Part shown: piece by piece, positions 15,281 through 22,669 of the stretch | Position numbering within the stretch: the first letter of the stretch is position 1 | How the letters are laid out: the number at the start of each line of letters is the position of its first letter | Origin: Actinomycetes bacterium | GTDB taxonomy: Bacteria; Actinomycetota; Acidimicrobiia; IMCC26256; PALSA-610 | Length of the DNA stretch: 56,724 nt | Assembly (NCBI GenBank): GCA_025463905.1 | Contig: JAODBJ010000325.1 | Span: forward strand, 1 to 56,724 | Direction: 5' to 3' | Made by a program: the position numbers and the translations under genes | The notes under the pieces: model-generated | Told to the model about the DNA's origin: nothing | The model's database searches: none | Seen by the model: only the letters and a program-made list of their open reading frames with translations

Positions 15281-16196
15281 GGTCGCTTGTGAGCGGGGCC
15301 TCGTCCAGCACCACGTCGGGGCTCGCGCCGTCCTGCAGCGGCCCGCGCACTTCCACCATGTCGCCGCGGATGCGCGCGTCGTAGACGGGTTGCGGCGTGG
15401 TCGCGGGCCCGCGCACCACCGCACCGTCGCGCAGCGCGTATTCGCTTCCGTGCCATGGGCAGCGCAATGCGCCGCGGTCGACGGATCCTTCGTCGAGCGG
15501 ACCACCGGCGTGCGAGCACACTGCGGCAAGGGCGTGAACGATGGCGCCGCGCCGAACCAGCGCAATGCGCGCACCGTCAACGACGACGCCCTTGGGTTCG
15601 TTGTCGCGCAGTTCATTCGCGGCACACACCGCCTGCCACGTCGGGATGTCGACGACCGGTACTTCGACGTCGACGCCAACCCTTTGGTTGAAGACGAGAT
15701 GACCGCCCAGGTATCCGCCAACCGCAGTCGCGCCGAGTCCGATCATGCTCAGCGCGCTGCCGCGCAGGCGATGCCCTCTCCCGCGCGCCCGCCACGACGC
15801 CAATTGCAACGTGAGCGCGGTGACGTTCGCGGTTGCGTGCACCACACCGACGCGCTTGTCTTCGCCGAAGCTGTCGTGCCAGTCGGAGAGGCCGGCCGCG
15901 GCAGTTGGGAGTGACGCCAAGATCCCTACGCCCACGAGTCGCCGCGACGCGAGGCGCCCCGCGCGGCCACCGAGTACGTCGAGGACCGTTGCACTCGTCC
16001 AGGCGCCGATCGGTATGTCGGTGAGCATCGGGTGCAGCCGGTGACCGAGCCACGATCCTGAGAGCAGCCGCTTCACGTCGTCTCGGCGGGTCAACGTTTC
16101 CGACAACGAAGAGAGGGGGCGCGCGATCTGGTCGAGCCGTTCGTCCTTACCGGCTCGGTCCACGAGCGCGCGCACACGCCGGGTGATTTCATCCAT
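15255..16196 (-). CDS. DUF2231 membrane domain fused to a Rieske [2Fe-2S] domain
   Basis: 313 aa. N-terminal half LGHRLHPMLTDIPIGAW plus hydrophobic segments. C-terminal Rieske motifs CSHAGGPL and CPWHGSEY. Confidence 0.85.
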   Translation of the reverse strand: MDEITRRVRALVDRAGKDERLDQIARPLSSLSETLTRRDDVKRLLSGSWLGHRLHPMLTDIPIGAWTSATVLDVLGGRAGRLASRRLVGVGILASLPTAAAGLSDWHDSFGEDKRVGVVHATANVTALTLQLASWRARGRGHRLRGSALSMIGLGATAVGGYLGGHLVFNQRVGVDVEVPVVDIPTWQAVCAANELRDNEPKGVVVDGARIALVRRGAIVHALAAVCSHAGGPLDEGSVDRGALRCPWHGSEYALRDGAVVRGPATTPQPVYDARIRGDMVEVRGPLQDGASPDVVLDEAPLTSDRFGASNRG

Positions 16197-16262
16197 CGCG
16201 AACCTCCGATTGGTCTCGGGCCTCTTCCCGCGGGGTGCGTACCCAAACGGCCAGCCGGCTGA

Positions 16263-16610
16263 TCAGGCGAGGTCGCCGAGTGCGCTTTCGACGGTCGTGT
16301 GCAGGGGCACCTCGTCGTCGAGCTTGGTGAGCAAGATCACCCGCCGCACGAGTGCCTGATCGGTGACGACCAGGGCCAGCTGCTGACGCCGGGCCTGCAG
16401 GCGTTCCGCGAGGTCGAACAGCAGCCGGATGCCGCTGCTGTCGAGGTAGGTGGTCGCGGACAGGTCGAGGACCACCCGTGCGATGTTGCTCGCGACGCGT
16501 GCGGTCACCTCGTTGCGGATGTCGTCGACGTTCGAGAGATCGATTTCGCCTTTGACCCGAACGATCAGCGCTCGCGGCAGTTCTTCGAAATCGATGTGGG
16601 CGAGGTTCAC
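16263..16610 (-). CDS. STAS-domain anti-sigma-factor antagonist (STAS-5)
   Basis: 115 aa. The GTG at 16610 overlaps the upstream TGA (GTGA at 16607-16610). VKGEIDLSNVDDIRNEV...VVLDLSATTYLDSSGIRLLFDLAERL. Confidence 0.85.
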   Translation of the reverse strand: MNLAHIDFEELPRALIVRVKGEIDLSNVDDIRNEVTARVASNIARVVLDLSATTYLDSSGIRLLFDLAERLQARRQQLALVVTDQALVRRVILLTKLDDEVPLHTTVESALGDLA

Positions 16611-19303
16611 GCCGGCGGGCCTCCGCTCGCCAGCGCTCGGGTCATGCGCACGGTGGTCCCGTCATTCGTCGTCTCGATCGACACGTCGTCCATGAGGTCG
16701 CGGATCAAGATCAACCCTCGGCCGCCGCCCACACCGGGACGATCGGGTCGCCAGCGCCCAAAGTCTCGCACCCGCACGTCGACCACGCCAGCACCCGATC
16801 GGACACCGGACGCCGTCGCGGTCACCTCGATCCGCGCGTCGCCGGGACCATACGCGTGTTCTACGGCGTTGGCCGCAGCTTCGTTCACGGCCAGCACGAT
16901 GGCATCGCACTCGTCCACCGATGCGCCGGCGCGCGCGGCCCACTCGCCGATCCCGCGGCGGAGCCTCGCGAGTTCGCGTGGGAACGCGTCGAGGCGCATT
17001 GAGAACTCGGTGAGTTCGGCTTCGAATCGCACCACGAGGAGTGCGACGTCGTCGGTGGGCGGGCTACTCGCAGAGAGCTTCTCGATCACGTGATCTGCGA
17101 GTGCCTCGACTGTGTCGGGGCCGTCGCGCAGGGCGACTGCGAGCCGTTCGAATCCGTCGTCGAGGGGTTCGTGACGACGCTCGACGAGGCCGTCGGTGTA
17201 GAGAAGAAGTGTCGCTCCCGCCGTGATGAGCACTTCGGTTTCTTCGTATATGGCTCGCGGCGAGGCGCACACCGGCATGCCCCGCGCCGGGTCGAGATAA
17301 TGCACATGACCATCGGGTTCGCGTAGGAGTGGCGGGAGGTGTCCCGCACTGGCCAAACGTGCTCGGCGTGTCCGTGGTTCGTACACGAGCAGGCCGATGG
17401 TCGCCATGTCGGCGTCGGCGAACGAACAGAAATGGCGGTTGAGGTTGGTGAGGATGTCGGCCGGCGACGCGTTGTCGACGGCGTAGATCTCGAGCGCGTT
17501 GCGCAGACGCCCCATTGAAGACGCCGCCCGCACTCCGTGGCCCACGACGTCGCCGATCGCGAGGAACAGCCGGCCGTCGGTGAGCACGAGCGCGTCGTAC
17601 CAGTCGCCACCGATGCGCAACCCGGCCGCACCCGGGATATAGCGGCCGGTGATCGCGATGCCTGGGACTTCCGGCAGCGCGGCCGGCAACAATGTGCGTT
17701 GCAGCACCTCGATCATTTCCCGGTTGTCGGCGTAACGCTGCGCGTTCTCTACCGCCGGCGCGACACGTCGCGCGATCTCGAGCGCGACGGGAATGTCTTC
17801 GGGCTGGTAACGCCGCCCCGACGCGCTGTACCCGAATCCCAGTGCACCGATAGGCCCGTTCTCACCGAACATCGGCACCGCGAGGTACGACCGCAGCGGA
17901 TTGCCGTTCCCGGTGGCGCGCACATTGATGCCGGCGACCATTTCGTCGGCGGCTGGGCCCGGCAGTTCTTCCACGAGGACTGCGCGCCCGGTGCGTACCG
18001 CTTCGCACGGCGGCACGTCGGCGTCGAGTCCGTGCGACGGGAACGCGGCGCGCTCGAGCGCGGCCTGAACTTGCGGGTCCGAGTGCCCGGCGGCCACGAG
18101 GTTGAGGACGCCGTTCTCGACGAGGTACACGCCGGTCCCGTCGGCGAATTCCGGGAGCAACAGCCGAGCGACCCGGCGCAACCGTTGCGCGAGGTCGAGC
18201 TCGATCTTGAGCAATTCGCCGACGCGCGCGAGAAGCTGCAATCGCGCCGCGGCTCGCGCGGCATCGCCGGCGAGCCGCACGCTTTCGAGGACTTGCGCGA
18301 TACGGCGGCCGAGCTCGCGTGCGATCTCGATGTCGGCGTCGCGGTATTGCCGCTTGCTCGTCGACGTGTAGAGGAACGCGACCGCGCCGGCGACGCGACC
18401 GCCCACACCGAGCGGCACCGTGATCGACGATTTGCCGGCGAGCACTTCGAGGTACTCGAGATACTCCTCGTTTTGTGCCGCGGCGCGCCGGGCTTCTTCG
18501 TCGACGATCTCGAAGAATTGGACCTCGCCAGTGCGTATTGCGGTCGCGGCAGGCCCAAAAGGAGTCGGAGGCGGCAGTTGCGCCGACATCGCGCGCAGAT
18601 CCCGTTCCATGTCGGGATCGCAATGCGTGATCGTCGCGCGGCGGACCGAGCCGTTTGCCGTCGGCATGAACACGATGCACACATCGGCGAACGTGGGCAG
18701 CGCGAGCCGAGCCACCTGCTCGATCGCCTCGTCGAATGTGAGGTCGACCGCGAAGAGGTTGCTGGCGCGCGCTAAGAGCTCGATCTCCTGCTCGGCGCGT
18801 TTGCGTTCGGTGATATCCACCACGAGCGCCCCGAGCCCGATCGGCGCCTCGCCGGGTTTCCCCGCGTCTCGCTGCACCGGGAAAAGACTCGCGAGCCAAT
18901 GCTGCTCGACGCCGGGTTCCGAGCGGATCCGGCCCGATACCTCGAGATCGACGATCGGCTGGCCCGTCGTCTGCACCTGCTCGAACAGTGGCTCGACTCG
19001 AACCCAGATACTCGGCAACGCATCAGCGACCCGCCGGCCCGTCAGTTGATCGGCGCGGTATCCGAAGAGCGCGGCGAACGTGTCGTTGACGCGCGTGATC
19101 GTGCCGTCCGGCTCGAAGAACGCGAACGCGACGGGCGAGCGAGCGAGAAGCGTGTCGAGGCGCGCCGCCGTCGTACGCAGTTCCTCGCCCGCCCGTACCG
19201 CGCTCCGCCAGCGCGTGGAGCGGCGGCGCGCCGCCGTTCCAGCCACGGCCGCCGCCGCGCCACTGACGCCCACCAACCAACGACGAGCGAGACTTCGACG
19301 CAC
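16607..19303 (-). CDS. PAS-GAF-GAF sensor fused to a SpoIIE/PP2C phosphatase and an RsbW-type kinase
   Basis: 898 aa with a GTG start. PAS-like SPVAFAFFEPDGTITRVNDTFAALFGY. Two GAF-like blocks. PP2C motifs GGDWYDAL, LAIGDVVGHGVRAASSMGRLRNAL, SAGHLPPLL, LLLYTDGLVERR and DDVALLVVRF. Kinase N-box VNEAAANAVEHAY and G-box GGGRGLILIRDLMDD. Confidence 0.9.
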   Translation of the reverse strand: MRRSLARRWLVGVSGAAAAVAGTAARRRSTRWRSAVRAGEELRTTAARLDTLLARSPVAFAFFEPDGTITRVNDTFAALFGYRADQLTGRRVADALPSIWVRVEPLFEQVQTTGQPIVDLEVSGRIRSEPGVEQHWLASLFPVQRDAGKPGEAPIGLGALVVDITERKRAEQEIELLARASNLFAVDLTFDEAIEQVARLALPTFADVCIVFMPTANGSVRRATITHCDPDMERDLRAMSAQLPPPTPFGPAATAIRTGEVQFFEIVDEEARRAAAQNEEYLEYLEVLAGKSSITVPLGVGGRVAGAVAFLYTSTSKRQYRDADIEIARELGRRIAQVLESVRLAGDAARAAARLQLLARVGELLKIELDLAQRLRRVARLLLPEFADGTGVYLVENGVLNLVAAGHSDPQVQAALERAAFPSHGLDADVPPCEAVRTGRAVLVEELPGPAADEMVAGINVRATGNGNPLRSYLAVPMFGENGPIGALGFGYSASGRRYQPEDIPVALEIARRVAPAVENAQRYADNREMIEVLQRTLLPAALPEVPGIAITGRYIPGAAGLRIGGDWYDALVLTDGRLFLAIGDVVGHGVRAASSMGRLRNALEIYAVDNASPADILTNLNRHFCSFADADMATIGLLVYEPRTRRARLASAGHLPPLLREPDGHVHYLDPARGMPVCASPRAIYEETEVLITAGATLLLYTDGLVERRHEPLDDGFERLAVALRDGPDTVEALADHVIEKLSASSPPTDDVALLVVRFEAELTEFSMRLDAFPRELARLRRGIGEWAARAGASVDECDAIVLAVNEAAANAVEHAYGPGDARIEVTATASGVRSGAGVVDVRVRDFGRWRPDRPGVGGGRGLILIRDLMDDVSIETTNDGTTVRMTRALASGGPPA

Positions 19304-19329
19304 GCCGTGATATTTGCAGGCTCAGCGTG

Positions 19330-19377
19330 TTTTGATCGCAGAAACACACCGAAAACGGCCGCTTTCTGCGATCAAAA
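19330..19377 (+). repeat. 48-bp palindromic intergenic element, copy 2
   Basis: TTTTGATCGCAGAAA (19330-19344), loop CACACCGAAAACGGCCGC, then TTTCTGCGATCAAAA (19363-19377). The 15-bp arms are perfect. It abuts the stop codon (19381) of the small acidic gene and lies 27 nt upstream of the GTG at 19303. Confidence 0.85.
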
Positions 19378-19380
19378 CGA

Positions 19381-19584
19381 TTAGGGGAGGCGGCCCTCGC
19401 CCTTCTGGTTGGCGCCTCGCTCGGCCATTTCCTGGTAATGCTTCGCCGCCTCTTCGTCAGGTTCGAGGGTGTCGGCGACCGCTTCTTCTTCGGGCGTCGG
19501 CATCCGATCCGGCCCGGAGTGGGTTTCGGCCTCGGCGCGTTCAGCCGCTTTGGTCTGGTCGTTCGGCCGCGTTCGGTCAGTCAT
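19381..19584 (-). CDS. Small acidic hydrophilic protein (67 aa), unknown function
   Basis: AGGAG lies 6 nt upstream of the ATG at 19584. MTDRTRPNDQTKAAERAEAE...PEEEAVADTLEPDEEAAKHYQEMAERGANQKGEGRLP has no hydrophobic core. It lies 21 nt downstream of sodA. Confidence 0.55.
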   Translation of the reverse strand: MTDRTRPNDQTKAAERAEAETHSGPDRMPTPEEEAVADTLEPDEEAAKHYQEMAERGANQKGEGRLP

Positions 19585-19605
19585 GTCAATCTCCTGGGTC
19601 GTGGA

Positions 19606-20241
19606 TCAGGCCATCGCAAGCAGCGAGGAACTCAAGGACGAACGGGCGTGATCGAAGCGCGCCGCGACGCGTTCCCAGTTGACGATGTTCCAGAACGCGT
19701 TGATCCACTCGTCCTTGCGGTTCTCGTACTGCAGGTAGTACGCGTGTTCCCACCCGTCGATCACGAGCAGTGGGAGGTTGGCCGGCGACATGTTCGCCTG
19801 GTGGTCGTAGATCTGCTGCACCATGACCTTCCCGGCCATCGGTTCCCACACGAGCGCGCCCCAGCCGGAACCGAACAAGGTTGTGGTGGCGAGGCCGAGC
19901 TGCTTCTTCAATGTGTCGACGGAACCGAACGCCTCGACGATTGCAGCCTTGAGTTCGCCGTCGGGTTCTCCACCGCCGTCGGGTCGCATGCTCGGCCAGA
20001 ACAGCGAGTGCAAGAGGTGGCCCGACACGTTGAACGCCAGCGCCCGCTCCAAACCGCGCAGCTGCTCCGAATCGCTCGCGCCTTGCTGTCGGAATACATC
20101 GAAGGAGGCCAGCGCGTCGTTCGCGCCCTTCACGTACGCCGCGTGATGCTTGTCGTGGTGAAGCTCAACTTGGCGCGCGGAGTAGTGCGGTTCGAGTGCG
20201 CCGTATTCGTAGGGCAGGTCAGGCAGTTCGTAGGTCGGCAT
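19606..20241 (-). CDS. sodA: Fe/Mn superoxide dismutase
   Basis: ORF 19606..20979 trimmed to the ATG at 20241 (RBS GGAGAA). MPTYELPDLPYEYGALEPHYSARQVELHHDKHHAAYV, GHLLHSLFW, DGWEHAYYLQYENRKDEW. Confidence 0.92.
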   Translation of the reverse strand: MPTYELPDLPYEYGALEPHYSARQVELHHDKHHAAYVKGANDALASFDVFRQQGASDSEQLRGLERALAFNVSGHLLHSLFWPSMRPDGGGEPDGELKAAIVEAFGSVDTLKKQLGLATTTLFGSGWGALVWEPMAGKVMVQQIYDHQANMSPANLPLLVIDGWEHAYYLQYENRKDEWINAFWNIVNWERVAARFDHARSSLSSSLLAMA

Positions 20242-20710
20242 CTGTTCTCCTCGGTTGGGCGCCGGTTCTCGAAAGACTGCGCAATCACGCGAACGCTCGG
20301 GTCTCGCGCAATCTTCCCCTCGGCAATCGACCGAGGAAGGAGCACCGGCCCAGGTGCTGAGAGTGAGAAACGTGCCGGCAGGGCGTGCGGGCCGGGCGGG
20401 CATCGCCCGCACGCCCCGGCCGGCCAAATGGTCCGAGCAGCCGGATGGGGGGTTCCTTGCCGATTCCGCCGGGACCTGCTGATTCGGGTTCCCGCTCGAT
20501 AGCGGGACCAAACCTGGCGGAGGAAAGTTTTCTTGAACGCAGTGTGATGCCCGGTTCGCGCCGCTCAAAAGCGCGATCGTGGTGGGTACAGCGTTGTTCG
20601 CGTGGCGGACGCCTCGGGTAACCACTGCGGCCGACCAGCAACGCACCAACGCTGGAGCGCTCCAACCAGTACGCATCCGATACCAGCCGTCCGAAACGAG
20701 GGCGAGGCCA

Positions 20711-22669
20711 GTGCAACCCAACGAACCGCAGCGAGTCGCGGTCGAACACGCGGTACCCGATGTCGACGGTGGCGAGTTCGCGGTCAAACGGGTCGTGGGC
20801 GACGATGTGACCGTCGAAGCGGTCGTCTTCGCCGACGGGCACAACCTGGTCGCCGCGAACGTCGAGTACCGCCACGCCAACGAACGCGACTGGCGAACCG
20901 CGCCGATGGGACCACTCGGCAACGACCAGTGGGCAGCGGCATTCCGCGTCGAGCGAGCCGGCGAGTACCGATTTCGCATCGTCGCGTGGATCGATCACCT
21001 CGCGACCTGGCAGCAAGGGTTCCTCCGCAAGGTCGAGGCCGGCCAAGACGTCACACTCGACCGCGAGGAAGGCGCGGCGTTGGTGGAGGAGATCGCGAAG
21101 CGCGCAGGGGAGCGCGACGCCGACGCGCTCGAAACGTTCGCCGAACGGCTGCGTCACAGCTCCGACAAGCGAACACTCACGCGCTTGGCACGCATCGTCG
21201 AGCTCACACGCGACTACCCGGATCGGGCGCACGCCACCGTGCGCGACACCACGTCGCCGATCTGGGTCGACCAGCCGCTCGCGATATGCGGCGCGTGGTA
21301 CGAGCTGTTCCCGCGCTCGACGAGCCTCGACCGCGCGCGACCCGGCACGCTGCGGGACGTCATCGAACGGCTGCCCTACGTCGCCGAACTCGGCTTCGAC
21401 GTGCTCTACCTCCCACCGATCCACCCCATCGGCACCACCCACCGCAAAGGTGCCAACAATGCGCGCGAAGCCAAGCCCGGCGAACCGGGGAGCCCGTGGG
21501 CGATCGGCTCGGCCCGCGGTGGGCACACCGCGGTCGACCCGGACCTCGGCACGCTCGGCGACGTCCAGCAGCTCGTGCGCGCCGCGCGCAAACAGGGATT
21601 AGAAGTCGCGCTCGACATCGCGTTCCAGTGCTCGCCCGACCACCCGTGGATCCGCGAGCACCCCCAATGGTTCCGCCACCGCCCCGATGGTTCCATCGCG
21701 TACGCGGAGAACCCCCCGAAGAAGTACGAAGACATCGTCCCACTCGACTTCGATACCGAAGACTGGCCCGCGCTGTGGGAAGCACTCGCCGACGTCGTGC
21801 GGTTCTGGATCGGCCACGGCGTTCGCGTGTTCCGTGTCGACAACCCCCACACGAAGCCCTTCCCGTTTTGGGAATGGCTGATCGCCGAAATACACGCGAC
21901 CAACCCCAACATCTTGTTCCTGGCCGAGGCGTTCACGCGCCCGCACGTGATGCACCGCCTCGCGAAGATCGGCTTCTCGCAGTCGGTCACATACTTCACG
22001 TGGCGCAACTCGAAGTGGGAGCTCACCGAGTACTTCGAAGAGCTCGCCCACGGCCCCGGCGCCGAGTACTTCCGGCCGAACGTGTGGCCGAACACTCCCG
22101 ACATCCTGCACGAAACCCTTCAGCACGGCAGCCGCGGCACGTTCATGGTTCGCTTCGTCCTCGCCGCGTGTCTGAGCGCGGCCTACGGCATCTACGGGCC
22201 GGTGTTCGAGCTGATGGTGCGAGAAGCGCGCGAGGAGGGCAGCGAGGAGTACCTCGACTCCGAGAAGTACGAGATACACCACTGGGACCTCGACGCGCCG
22301 TGGAGCCTGCGCCATTTCATCGCGCGCGTCAACGCGATCCGGCGGGCGCACCCCGCGTTGCAACGCAACTCCTCGTTGCGTTTCCATAGCGTCGACAACG
22401 ATCAACTGCTCTGTTGGAGCAAACGAAGTGGAGATGGAAGCGACATCGTGTTGTGCGTGGTGAACCTCGATCCCTGGCACGCCCAAGCCGGTTGGACGCA
22501 CGTGGATCTGGGCGCGCTGGGCTTGGACTGGGAGCAGCCGTTCGAGGCCCGCGATCTCCTCACCGAAGCGCGCTACACGTGGTCCGGACCCGACAACTTC
22601 GTGTCACTCGACCCGAGGTCGACGCCCGCACACGTCCTCGCGCTCACGCCGCTCGGCGGCGCGGAATGA
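20711..22669 (+). CDS. glgE: Alpha-1,4-glucan:maltose-1-phosphate maltosyltransferase
   Basis: ORF 20579..22669. [79 protein letters not shown]. The start is uncertain. The GTG at 20711 gives an N-terminus of the length seen in mycobacterial GlgE. The GTG at 20579 is the longest option. Confidence 0.9.
   Translation: MQPNEPQRVAVEHAVPDVDGGEFAVKRVVGDDVTVEAVVFADGHNLVAANVEYRHANERDWRTAPMGPLGNDQWAAAFRVERAGEYRFRIVAWIDHLATWQQGFLRKVEAGQDVTLDREEGAALVEEIAKRAGERDADALETFAERLRHSSDKRTLTRLARIVELTRDYPDRAHATVRDTTSPIWVDQPLAICGAWYELFPRSTSLDRARPGTLRDVIERLPYVAELGFDVLYLPPIHPIGTTHRKGANNAREAKPGEPGSPWAIGSARGGHTAVDPDLGTLGDVQQLVRAARKQGLEVALDIAFQCSPDHPWIREHPQWFRHRPDGSIAYAENPPKKYEDIVPLDFDTEDWPALWEALADVVRFWIGHGVRVFRVDNPHTKPFPFWEWLIAEIHATNPNILFLAEAFTRPHVMHRLAKIGFSQSVTYFTWRNSKWELTEYFEELAHGPGAEYFRPNVWPNTPDILHETLQHGSRGTFMVRFVLAACLSAAYGIYGPVFELMVREAREEGSEEYLDSEKYEIHHWDLDAPWSLRHFIARVNAIRRAHPALQRNSSLRFHSVDNDQLLCWSKRSGDGSDIVLCVVNLDPWHAQAGWTHVDLGALGLDWEQPFEARDLLTEARYTWSGPDNFVSLDPRSTPAHVLALTPLGGAE

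Noticed and set aside
16239-16244. GGGTAC (minus strand) 43 nt upstream of the Rieske gene start
   Set aside because: No GTTT-like -35 element at 15-17 nt (the sequence there reads ATCA/TGAT). It is probably a chance hexamer, so it was not counted in the SigF-type promoter set.
20584-20589. GGGTAC on the plus strand upstream of glgE
   Set aside because: No -35 match at the correct spacing. It would also lie inside the coding region if glgE started at 20579. Only the weaker GTTC-N16-GGGTAA at 20596-20621 is kept, as a low-confidence note.
20285-21526. Long antisense ORFs opposite well-supported genes. Examples: 20285..21526(-), 28247..29977(-), 29926..31905(-), 10613..12652(-), 36000..37523(+), 37563..38999(+), 14688..15914(+).
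   Set aside because: Their translations are Arg/Pro/Gly/Ala-rich with no recognisable motifs, which is typical of shadow ORFs in high-G+C DNA. The opposite strand encodes clear GlgE, GlgB, TreZ, PP2C, sulfatase, GlgX, hemerythrin and Rieske proteins.
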